Assembly: GCA_039096935.1 (NCBI GenBank)
Contig: JBBPEE010000035.1
Span: forward strand, 558,001-622,000
From: Blastocystis sp. ATCC 50177/Nand II
Lineage: Eukaryota
DNA: 64,000 bases
Reading direction: 5' to 3'
Part shown: positions 39,852 through 51,415 of the stretch, one piece after another
How positions within the stretch are numbered: position 1 is the stretch's first letter
How the letters are laid out: every line of letters starts with the position of its first letter
The notes under the pieces: generated by a model
Seen by the model: only the letters and a program-made list of their open reading frames with translations
Told to the model about the DNA's origin: nothing
Database searches by the model: none
Made by a program: the position numbers and the translations under genes

Positions 39852-40656
39852 TCACTTCCTCTTGCAGTAGCACAGAATCAGGGCGGCCAGCAGCACGATC
39901 ACTGCCACCACGCAAATCACCACAATCGTCACAATCGTTCCCGTGCAGCCTACGTCTTAAACTCTCACATTGGGATCACCTGCAATTCCCGACTGCTTTG
40001 CGGTAAGACCTAAAAACTGGATCCGCTTGTCTACGAGTGAATGGCCCGAAGAGGCACTACCCGAGGATTGGATCCGCACGCCTTGGATGGTCGTTCCAAT
40101 AGAATCCGTGTACACCCGGGTATACGGCAGTCCGGCTTGTGTACACTCATTACTGCTGTGGGTCACTTTTCTCCATTGACGTCACCTGAGAGAGAAACTC
40201 GAGCCCTGGCGCACGCGTTTCTTGCAGGCAAAGCCGAGAGACGCAAAGGTGTTCGTATCCTTCACTGTCATTTTCACCGATTTGTAGGTCATGTCATAAT
40301 AGTCATAGGAGGAAGATGCGGATGAGCGTATTTTCAGGCGCAGACTAGGAATCACCATCCCTCCCTTCCCAAACTCCGTGTCAAAAACGAGGTAGGGTGT
40401 TCCTCTGCATCCATCCTCCGTGTACTGGGACTCCTCCATCTGAATCTGCTTGGCGTGTCCCTGCTTGTCGGTGCTCACCACGAATGCGTGCTGAACGACT
40501 ATTTGTCAACGTTTTGCTTTAGGAGCAACAAATGGGTCCCGCCACTCGGCAATCGGTCGTATACTCGCCACAGTCTACGCTAACACAACCCACACGATGG
40601 CTACCTAACGCCAATGCAATTCCCAGAAGGAACACCACAAATGTCACGAAATCCAT
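39852..40656 (-). CDS. Small single-pass membrane protein (signal peptide plus C-terminal TM)
   Basis: MDFVTFVVFLLGIALALG signal-like start; C-terminal TIVTIVVICVVAVIVLLAALILCYCKRK; short introns. Confidence 0.6.
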
Positions 40657-40738
40657 CGGAAAATGAAGAAAAACGGACTGGGGGTTTTGAGAACCAAAAT
40701 TGGGCCTCTTTTGGTCTGGCATCAGAAACGGCAATGCA

Positions 40739-42059
40739 ATGGACCATGAAGCGTTTGCAAAGCAGGTTCATGAGGTAGTCTACGATACCTATCGCCGCAT
40801 CAAGAACAGAGGGAAACCGCAGTCCCACGAATGGACCGTGCTGGCGTCCATTCTGGCGGAGAATGAAGGGAAGCTGGAAGTGATTGCGCTGGCAACGGGG
40901 ACGAAATGCGTTGGGGAAGCCCAGATGTCGGAAAAGGGTCTGGTTGTGAACGACTGTCATGCGGAGGTGCTGTGCAGGAGAGCCTTTTTGCTCTTTCTGA
41001 TGAGGGAAATGGCGCAGTTTCGCTCCACCGGAAAGAGCGCCTATCTGGAGGAAAAGGGGGATTCGGACAAACTGCAGATGAAGGCGAGCATTCGGCTCCA
41101 TCTCTATGTCAGTCAGACGCCGTGTGGTTTCGCATCGGAGTATGCGAAGAAGGACGGAAAGCGGGAGGCTGTCGAGCGCTTTGCCGTGAAGCAGCGCAAG
41201 TCAAAGCGCGTGCGTTTGGAGGCGGCAGTCGAGGATGTGGGAGATTTCTGTGAGGATCATGCTGAAGAAGACATGCACTTGTCGGGAGCCAAGTTCATCG
41301 ACGACAGCATGCGGCTATCCACGAAGCCGGGCCGAGGCGAGCCCTCTCACAGCTACAGCTGCAGCGACAAGATCTGCCTGTGGAGCCTGCTGGGTCTGCA
41401 GGGTGCCGTGCTGTCGCTGCTCCTCCGCCCCGTGTATCTCGCCTCCATCGTCATCAGCGGGGAGATGGATGAAGCTGTTGCTTCCCGCGCTCTCTCTAGT
41501 CGCGTGGTTATTCCTGTGATGGTTGCCCCAGTCGCTCAAGGTGTTCAAGGTGTTCAGACTGCTCAAGACATGCAAGACATGCAAGACATGCAAGACATGC
41601 AAGACATCCAAATCACGCAGAAGCAGCAATCATCACCCTTCACGCAGCACCACCCAACCATCATCCATGACACACTCCCCTCTCCACTCTGCGAACGGGA
41701 GGTGATGAAGACGCTGGAGGGGAAGCGGCTGGCGGCGAGCGGCGCGGCGCTGGTGTGGGTGAAGCCGGACGTGCAGGAGGCGCTGATCGCTCGAAGCGGC
41801 GTGAAGCTGGGGACCAACGTGAAGAAGGGCGTGACGGAGAAGAACATGAGCGTGGTGAGTCCGCTGGCTCTCTTCAGACAGTTCAAGGCGCTGTGTGCGT
41901 TGGGAGGGAGCTGCGGCGTTGCGAGCGACGACGACTACGACACGGTGAAGCGAAGGGCGGTGGAGTACGGCAGGGCGAAGGAGCGGGCGATGGATCCTGC
42001 TCTGCCCTGTTCGCTGAAGGCGTGGCGAAGGAAGGACAGGCGGTTCTACCACTTCCAGT
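40739..42059 (+). CDS. ADAT1: tRNA-specific adenosine deaminase 1 (Tad1), intronless
   Basis: ALATGTKC, NDCHAEVLCRRAF, YVSQTPCG, STKPGRG, SCSDKICLW; no dsRNA-binding domain; ends RFYHFQ followed by T, 4 nt and TGTTTGTA. Confidence 0.85.
41565..41609 (+). repeat. 9-nt minisatellite CAAGACATG x~5 (QDM repeat) inside ADAT1
   Basis: Directly visible tandem repeat, preceded by caaggtgtt x2. Confidence 0.9.
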
Positions 42060-42063
42060 GCTC

Positions 42064-42078
42064 TGTTTGTAACAAACA
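42064..42078. terminator. Bidirectional 3'-processing element TGTTTGTAACAAACA
   Basis: Near-perfect palindrome of the 3'-end motif lying between two convergent genes. Confidence 0.75.
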
Positions 42079-42082
42079 CGCG

Positions 42083-43912
42083 ATTCGTCGTTCATAATCT
42101 CGGACATGATGTTCGAGGCAACCAGTTTACAACACTTAAAAGCTACGCCTCACTTGCAGATCTTACGACCCACACGCCACCTGCGAGTCGATGATAATCA
42201 CCTCCAAGCAGGACTTGAACTGCTCGTAGAGAACTACCCTTCACGCCCCCGCTCTCTCCCACTCTCCTGCTTGATGATCGTCAGCACCGAGGTCTTCCGC
42301 ACCAGCATGTCGATCAGCGACACTGTGCCCTGCAGCAGCTGCGCGATCTACCCTCCACGCCAACACCCAGTCCTACGGTGCTCCGCTGCTCCTCCTTCAC
42401 GTCGTACTTCCCCACGAAGTGCTCGTCGTACAGAATGTTGTACAGGCAGATCGCCAGCGTCAGCAGGTTGTTGAGGTTCGACGACTTCTACGCCTCACGC
42501 GCGCCCGTCGCCGCCACCAGCGCGTTGCGCAACACTAGACTCAACTTGGGGTTGTTGCTGCTGTTGTACAGGAGCACGTGGATCAGCAGGCGCAGCAGGC
42601 GCAGCGACTGCGAGATCAGCGGACTGTTCTCGCACACCTCCGCGATGTTGTTGTTCTCGTTGCTGTTGATGTTGGGGATGCGGATGCGCTCGAACAGTCG
42701 CAGCAGCAGCGCCTGCACCGCCTCCGGCTCCACCGACAGCACCAGCGCCTCGTCCGACACCGCCAGGAAGAAGTCGAGACACGAGAGCACCAGCGCCTTC
42801 AGCGTCGCGTTGTCGAAGACGGAGGCGGTCAGCAGCCACGCCGGGCGGAACAGCTCCCCCTGCAGGAAGAGGGCGTATGCTACGGCTAACGCGACGAGGG
42901 CATCATCACAGCTTATCAGGAGTTGGTGCACGAGCAGCACCGTGGCGATCTCGCTGGACTCCCACTGCTGCAGGCTCTCCTCCAGCGTGTGCAGCAGGTC
43001 CTTCAGCAGGCAGGGCGCCTCGCCGTCGTAGCGCGCGAGGGATGGCGGCGTGAGGGCGTTGCCTCCGTCGAGACTCCAACGGGCCTGCGCGGGGGAGGGG
43101 AGAAGGAGGGAAGGGGGAAGGAGGTCGTCACGGACTGTGGGGCAGGACACGATGAGCGTGTTGAGGATGGAGAGGATGAGGTTCTACGGTGGAGGCGGGA
43201 TGCGAGAACGACGCCATTGGCACTGCGGATGTGATGGATGAGGTAATCGAGAAGGGGGTGCAGAGACGAGCGCGATGACTGAATGCCCGCCAGAATCGAC
43301 TGAAGCTACTGGAAAGAGGAAGCGATGGACGCACTTCGAAAATGATGCTGGATCCCATCGTGTTTGTCGTTCTATAGTGAAGAAAATGCTGAAGGAATTA
43401 CACTGCGCGATTGTCCTGACTCTCATGTGCCGGAGTAATCGAATCTACGGGGAAGAGGCGCAACAGGCTCGTACCACGCCAAATGTCTGTCAGCAGCGTG
43501 GATGCAAACTCCCTATCCTGCTCATAGAGTTGCTCCTGCTTCGCGTTCTGGGCAATCATCGCTCTTTGCTTTTCCTCCCTCGATTTCTTCTCCTGCAGCG
43601 TGCTCTGCTCGATTTCGAATATTTCCAGCTGCATTTCCGCATCATTCAGCTGTTTCCGCAGCTGCTCGTTCTCTTCCGACAGCTGCTTCTGTTTCTCCAT
43701 CAGTTCCTCTCTACGAATTTAGGGAGACAAACGAAGACGCACAACTGTCGTGACAGGCCATTTTCCGAGTTGCTGCGCTGAAATGCGTTCCCTCCGCTTC
43801 TACATGTCAACCCATCCTTCAGAGTGGCGTACGCACTCGTAGAACGCTGGAGCGAATTGACGCTCCGTTGTCGCAATAGAGAGGACTCCGAGCTATTGTT
43901 CCATCTCTTCAT
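42083..43912 (-). CDS. Hypothetical protein (N-terminal coiled coil, helical C-terminus)
   Basis: Exons linked by short GT-AG introns; ends SNIMSEIMNDE followed by T, 4 nt and TGTTTGTT. Confidence 0.6.
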
Positions 43913-43968
43913 CCTCTAAAGGCAGCTCGCTTTCAAAACAAACGCGTCGAGAACAAGATAAATGGACA

Positions 43969-44969
43969 CTACTCTTCTTCCACCACTTCCGCCACCTCCT
44001 CCTCATCGTCGTCACAATAGTTCGCATCCTCCTCATCGTCATCTCCATACACATCCAAGTAGGAGTGGGTTTGCTTCACATTCAGGTTGTGCACCACAAA
44101 CTCATCCTCTCCGTTCTTGTACTCATCGCTGTCTGTCGGCGGAAGCTACTCCTCACACCCCTCCTTCTTCCTCACATCGATGCTCTTCTCAATCGACCGT
44201 GCCTGCTCCACCTTCTCCATATACTCGTTTTGGAACGCAATGACCTCCGCACCCGACTTGGCACTGGCGTATCCCTCCAACAGCTCCTATAATTCAAAGG
44301 GGTTTGTGACGCAGACATAATTCAAGGCGATGAACTGACATCCCCACTTGAACGGCTTCATGATGGTCAGCGCGTCCTCCTTGAGTCCCACAATGTACAG
44401 TGTGGCCGCGATGGCTTCTGCGCAGGTGAGTTTGGAGGGCTTGCCGTAATTCACGGGGTTGGCAGCGACCAAGAAGGGCAGGATGCGATGGACACCGTTC
44501 TTTAGCTTTGCCATCGGGATCTCGTCGATGCGCGCCCACGAACAATCGATGGCGGACGTGCCGTACTGCTTCACCACGTCCTATCGATGAGTTGAGGGAG
44601 CGGAGCACACGAGATCTTCCACGGACACGGCCTTCGTTCCATAGGGTGAGAGAACGAGTCCGTGGTAGGGCTGGTTCACGCGAATGGTGCCTACAGGGTG
44701 AAAGTGATGAGGAATGACTACGCAAATACCCGAGACGCTCGAGCTTTCTTCCCGTGCACTTCTTTGCATCGCACTGCTCGAAATCCCACATGTAGACGCC
44801 GACGCTGGTTTTGAATGCAGTAGTCTATTGCTTATGACATGGATGTGTGGAACACTTCTTTGTAGCCACGAACGTGCGTTTCCTTTTGATCATTGTACTT
44901 CCGTTTTGGCTTTTTCACGGGATGGGGTCTGTAGTCATCCTCGTAATTGCCTTTTCCCTTTTTGCCCAT
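43969..44969 (-). CDS. TSR3: 18S rRNA aminocarboxypropyltransferase
   Basis: MWDFEQCDAKKCTGRKL, IDCSW, RILPFLVAANPVNYGKPSKLTCAEAIAA, FKWG..F; acidic tail. Confidence 0.93.
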
Positions 44970-45122
44970 TTGAAGGTGAATTGTGGGTTTTGGAAGGGTT
45001 GGAGAAATAGGGGGTGTTTTGGGAGTGAGATGAATAGCGTTGATGGGTGGATTTAGGTGTGATGACGGGAAACTGTGGACTGAGTGAGATGCAAATGGAG
45101 GTAGTGTGTGGAAAGAAGGAGA

Positions 45123-47942
45123 TCATTCAAGATACTTCGCTAAGGCGGGAGTGATGTCTAGGAATGAAGGGGAGGAGGGAGAGGGACTATTGGTGTGGAT
45201 GGTTTTCTTGAATGTGAAAGCAAATCTCTTGTCAAGAGTGACAGTGGTGAGAGAGGGAATGTCTGTTTGTGATGATAGAGTAAATGGGAATACCCTCCAG
45301 AGTGATGATACGAGGATACCAGAATACACTGCGCCCTGTAGTAGTGAGTGATGTGAGTTTAGGCAAGTCTATTCATCACTTCATTCCATCATCACCACTC
45401 CGCATTATCAATTCAGTTGATTCATCATTATACTTGAAACAGAATGCATATCCACCTAGTTGAATGGAAGTCAATTCAGGCAAGTCTAGTCATCATTCTC
45501 ACTTCAAGCCATTCACTCTCAAACACGGCACGAGAACAATCAAAGAATGCATACTTACCAAAAACAAGCGATTTCAAACTGGGCAAGTCTATTCATCATT
45601 CCATTCTTTCAGAATCACTCTTCAATTCCAATGAAGAATAACAGAAATTGAAACTCAATTCATTCAATTCTCCCATTTCAATCACTTCCAAAGAAGGCAC
45701 ATTCTCAATCTCACACACGGAATAGTCAGAGAAGGAATAACGACCCATCTTCAATTCTCTCAGTCTCTCACAATTCTTCAAATAGAAATGACGAGCTGGA
45801 TCATTACCACGATCATTCTTCTTCTTTGTGAAGCAATTCTTTCCAATCACCACTCTCTCCAATTGATTCAATCCAATCAGCTTCACTTCATTCACATTCT
45901 CAAAACACTCATCACCAACTTTAAACTCTCTCAGATTCACAAATCGACTCAAGTCTAACACACTCAATTCACTATCATTACAACAGTACGATGCGATGAC
46001 AATTGCACCAACATAACTACTGGAGTTCTTCAAATCTCTCACATTCCTAACGTTCACAGTTGTTTTCGCCAAGGCCATCATTTCCTCTCTTCTCTTTCTC
46101 TCTTCTTCTTCTCTCCTCTTTCTCTCTGCTTCCTCCCTTCTCTTTCTTTCCTCTTCTTCTCTTCTCTTTCTCTTTGCTTCTTCTCTCTTCTTTCTTTCCT
46201 CCTCCTCTCTCTTCTTCCTCTCTTCTTCCATCGCCTCCTTCAAACTCTTCACACTCTCAAACTTCCCCGCATTCTCCATCTTCACACTCTTCACATTCTT
46301 CAATCCACCCATCAACACACACTTCTTCAACTTCGGCATTCCCATCAACTCAGCCTCCTTCACATTCTTCAGAGCACACATTGCTCCTGTTAATTCACTC
46401 AACTCTCCCAAATCTATTCATCATCACAACTCATCACACTCACTCTTCATTACCAACTTCAACTCGCCTCCAAACACTTCATCTCCCAGTGAGATTGTTT
46501 TCAGCTCCTTCAAGTCTATTCCATCACCACCTGATCAAAACACTCACTCTCAAACACTACACTCACCACACTCACAAAACTACCATCCCCAATCTTCACA
46601 TTCTTCACCTTCTCACAATTCCTCATCTCAAACACACCTCCACTCGTCTTGCAAAAGCACTCCTTTCCAACCTCCACCTTCTCCAACGCATTCAATCCCA
46701 CGATCCTCAAATCCTTCACGAACTGAAAACACTCATCACCCACAATCAACTCTCTCAATCGCACATAATCACTCATCTCCCATTCCTCAAAAGCCTTGTT
46801 GCTGCACATCCCATTCCTCACCTCAATCACCTCCACATCCTCCTCCAAAGACAGGAAATCCTTATTGCACTTCACTATCACTCTTCCAGCAGTGTTCACA
46901 GGTTCAATCAGAGGCTTTCCTCCAATCACTGTACCCGGAACCACGTTCACCTCTGAAGGGTTGTTCATTGGTACACTCCTCCCTTTTCCCACTCTTTTCA
47001 CAAGACTAACAAGCAAGTCCGAATTCCCTTCATTGCGAATTCTCTCCACCGAATCCTTCACAAAGGAATGCTATTCATCACTCTCCCACACAACACTCAC
47101 TTCCATCAACTCACTCACACTCCATCTCTCCTTCACATCCCTCACCAAACACTTCCCAACGAAGTCCACAAACGCAGCAGACCACTTGGAGGAGGACAGA
47201 TAAGGCGGCTGGTCCATCAACACAGCACACATTATTTCGGCTGAAGACTCCTTCTCTGCGAAGGGATTCTTTCCTTCAGCCAACTCGATCAGTGTAATAC
47301 CCAACGACCACACATCACTCTTCATTTCAGTTCCTCCCCTGTATCTCTCAGGTGCGATGTACCACGATGTACCACATTGCGTGTTTCTCTTGGAACAGGA
47401 GTGCTCCAACTGCACTGCCAACCCGAAATCACCCAACTTGATCACACCACTCTCTGAAAGGAACAGATTGTCAGGCTTGATGTCCTATTCCATCATCCAT
47501 CATCCCATTCACTCACTCTGTGCATGATATTATGCTGATGCAGGTAATACAACCCAAACAAACAACAACTCGTAATCTCACGTAATTCATCCTCAGTGAA
47601 GTGATTTCCATTACGAATGCATGCTGCGAGTGATCCACAGTGACAGAACTCCATAATGATCTATTCCATCAACCCTTTCTTCCAATCATTACCCAGAGTT
47701 CATTCTCATTACGAATCGCTCCATTATACCGAACAATGAACGGAGAGCTGCATTTCATGAGCAGCTCACTCTCCGAACGCAAATCCTCGTCACTCTCAAG
47801 TAGGCGCGTTTTCTTGATTGCCACATACACTCCCGAACCCTTGTCGAATGCCTTGTATACTTCTCCAAAGCCTCTACCCCTTATGTCCTAATCCCCACAT
47901 TGACCCAACACCCAGTAGTTCTCCAATCTTGTAATTGTCCAT
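45123..47942 (-). CDS. STE20-like kinase + LRR block + charged (EEERKRR) helix + second LRR block, AT-rich
   Basis: LGVG/GFGEVYKA, HR/DIKPDN, DFG, GTSWYIAPE, SDVWSLG; BspA-like repeats; terminal repeats on separate phase-1 exons; TGA at 45123-45125. Confidence 0.8.
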
Positions 47943-48039
47943 CCAGTTCAAAATAGTGAAGACAACAATGAAGTAAAAATGAATGTGATTAAACTGTGTC
48001 ATCCAATAAACAACTCCACCTTCTCAATGAAATCGCTTC

Positions 48040-49584
48040 ATCTACCTCCTTAATGTGAGGACTGTCATCCTCCTTCACGCCACTGCCCTCATTCATCGGC
48101 ATACCACCAGGCATGCCACCCGCAGGAGCATTACCAGCCATCTTCGAGAAGATCGGCAACTCCTTCTGCTTCTGCTCGTACTCCTCCTTCTCCGCGTTCG
48201 GGTGGTCGTCCAGCCACGACACTGCCGCGTCGATCTTCGCCTCGATCGCCTTCTTGTCCGCCTCCGCCAGCTTGCAGCCAGCTTGCTGCTCACCGCCTCG
48301 TCACGCAGCGAGTTGCGCACAGTGAACGTGTAGTTCTCCAGACTGTTCTTCGCCTCGATGCGCGCCTTGTTCGCCTCGTCCTCCGCCTTGAACTTCTCCG
48401 CCTCCTGCACCATCTTCTCGATCTCGTCCGCCGACAGACGACCCTTCTCGTTCTTGATCGTGATCTTGTTCTCCTTGCCCGTCGACTTCTCCACCGCAGA
48501 CACGTTCAGAATGCCATCCGCGTCAATGTCGAACGTCACCTCGATCTGCGGCACGCCGCGCGGCATCGGAGGAATGCCGTCCAGGTGGAACTTGCCCAGC
48601 AGGTTGTTGTCCCTCGTCATCGACCGCTCGCCCTCGTATACCTGAATCAGCACGCCCGGCTGGTTGTCCGAGTACGTCGAGAACACCTGCGTCTTCTTCG
48701 TCGGAATCGTCGTGTTACGCGGAATCAGCACCGTCATCACGCCGCCCGCCGTCTCCAGACCCAGCGACAGCGGCGCCACATCCAGCAGCAGCAGGTCGTC
48801 CAGCTTGCTGCCCGCGCCCTTGCCGCTCAGCACTGCCGCCTGCACCGTCGCGCCGTACGCCACGGCCTCATCGGGGTTGATCGACTGGCACAGCTCCTTC
48901 CCGTTGAAGAACTCCTGCAGCAGCTTCTGCACCTTCGGAATACGCGACGAGCCGCCCACCAGCACCACCTCGTCCACCTCGCTCTTCGACAGCTTCGCGT
49001 CGCGCAGCACCTTCTCCACCGGCGCCATCGTCTTCCGGAAGTAGTCCATGTTCAGCTCCTCGAAACGCGCACGCGTGATCTGCGAGTTGAAGTCGATGCC
49101 CTCGAACAGCGAGTCGATCTCGATCGTCGCCTGCGTGCTGCTCGACAGCGTTCTCTTCGCACGCTCGCACGCCGTGCGCAGACGACGCAACGCACGCTGC
49201 GACGTCGTCAGGTCCTTGCGGAACTTGCGCTGGAACTCCATGCAGAAGTACTCCACCATCCGGTTATCGAAGTCCTCGCCGCCCAGATGCGTGTCGTTCT
49301 CACCTCGAAGATGCCGTCCTCGATCGACAGCAGCGACACATCGAAGGTGCCGCCGCCCAGATCGAAGATCAGAATGTTCTTCTCACCGCCCTTCTGGTCC
49401 AGACCGTACGCGATGGCTGTTTGATGATACGCATCACGTTCAGGCCAGCAATCACACCAGCATCCTTCGTCGCCTGACGCTGCGAGTCGTTAAGTACGCA
49501 GGCATCGTAATTCACATCCTTGCCCAGATACGCTTCCATTTTTGACAGCACCATCGAGGAAACCTCCTCGGGAGAGAATGACAT
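48040..49584 (-). pseudogene. Cytosolic Hsp70 pseudogene (5'-truncated, frameshifted)
   Basis: Starts at [11 protein letters not shown]; deletions at ~49500, ~49420 and ~49298; a duplicated gcaagctggc at ~48270 shifts the frame; C-terminal GGMPGGMP...IKEVD has no stop after it. Confidence 0.88.
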
Positions 49585-51415
49585 CTTGCATTAGTTAATG
49601 AAGCTAGATTGCTGTGTCACTTTACTGCTGTACAACAATTCAAGATGAACGGCTACACTCGAGGTGGATATAGCGGTGAATCGCCAAAAGGGTGTTTCCT
49701 TCACTCTTTCACCTTCATTTCACTTGCATCCGATATGAAATTGGGTGTTATAGCAATTGCATGCTTAACCGGCTGCTGATAGTCTGCACCTTCCAACTGA
49801 GGCAAAGACGGTAGTATTCCGAGTGATAGAAGTAGTGTTGGGTTGTACACGGAATGCCCATTACATTAGTAGATCTACGAATGAAAGACTCAAGAGAGAA
49901 GCAACCGCGTGTTCGGCTTTGAGGAATTGGGTTCATTATTGCAGTGAAACCAAATCTGGTTATGATTGTTAGTATAAAAGAGAGTTTGGGTTGATCTCTG
50001 GAATTACTATGAGATGAGAGAATTAATGTGAAGGAATGCATGAGAGCATGACGTGCAATATACCGGTAAAAATAGAAAGAGTGATAATGAGGAAAGAAGA
50101 GAGTTATTGTTATGGCGACAGGGCCCAAAAAAACGCCCTGCCCGTCCTTTCAAATATGGGTGGTAGACTATGCCCGCCGCAGGCGAAAAATTGGATTTGT
50201 TATACATAACAAAAGTACCCGCAGAATGAAAACTAGCCCAAATACGAGCTATAGAGCTGTTAGCTTTGAATCGCATTAAGGGCAATGCTGAGTCACTTCT
50301 AAACTAGTGATTATTTGAATCACATTTCTAATGCGCATCCATAATGTGACTTGATTGCCTTGAAATAGATGATTGCTCAATTCACTTGTGTGAAGAACAT
50401 GATAATCGAGTATACTCATCGTACGAACTCCCTTTGGTGGTGAAGAAATCATGCGTGGTGAATGTTGGCAAGGAAAAGGTCTCCATGAATCCTTTTCTCC
50501 GCTACTATGTAAGAGAAGTGCACTATGCAATGGGGAATGGGAAGCAGGAGAAGAAAAGTATCAACTCCATTGTGTTCAAACAAGATAGCTTTTGCATTTG
50601 TTAATCAATCGACATCTGTATAGATAGATGCGTGTATCGCGAGAATAGATATATACTCCTTTAAACCAAAACTAACAGAAGTTAGATACTACGAAACTAA
50701 GGAGAGCATGTGAATCATGAATACAATGTATATATGAGACATTGAAGAGACAAACAAAGATGAATAGTGACCTAACATATGGAAGCACATAGGGATTCCT
50801 GCATAGAAAGCAATTCAGGTAAATACACATGCCAGAGTATGACTACCCCATCAGTAGCACAGGAACACATAGTATGTGCAAACGAACCTATCTATCATGA
50901 GCAAGAGGCATTGCTAAGTCGTTATCAAAAAGTGAAAATGAAAATAGTCCCTATTCCAGGAATCGCCTAAAGCAGGGCCTATTTTGCGAATTCGTTTTTC
51001 GCCATTTTCTCATTAACCATTTGTATTTGGGTGGAATAGCATATACTATATTATTACAAACAATGAGAGGATTCATATTATCACATCTAGCAATGCCCAA
51101 TCCGCGTGGTTGTCAATTCAGCATTAGGGCCCACTTTCCAATCAAGCACCACTGAACACTTGTTGGTCAAAATCTCGATCAATACGAAGTATTTGCACAA
51201 GTGAACTACTTCATGTGAAAGAGGACTCTGAGATCTATCGATTGCCACCCTTTCCACATTCATACCGTGCCTGGTTACAGAAATAACCGCGATTTTAGGT
51301 GGGAGTTTCGCCCACAATGCCGGTGGATTTGAAACTGTCGCCATAGTTATTGTTGTGTGAAGTGAAAACGGCGATTTGGTGTTAGGATGAGAAAGGTGTG
51401 TGAAAGAAACAATGA

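Noticed and set aside
40739..42059. ADAR-type mRNA editor
   Set aside because: Deaminase domain only, with no dsRNA-binding domains; fits ADAT1/Tad1.
14319..44969. Fragmented ORFs read as pseudogenes or stop-codon reassignment
   Set aside because: The breaks I checked coincide with ~30-nt GT-AG introns whose removal restores the frame under the standard code.
46080..46235. CT-rich simple repeat read as a non-coding microsatellite
   Set aside because: On the minus strand it encodes the in-frame EEERKRR charged helix of the kinase-LRR protein.
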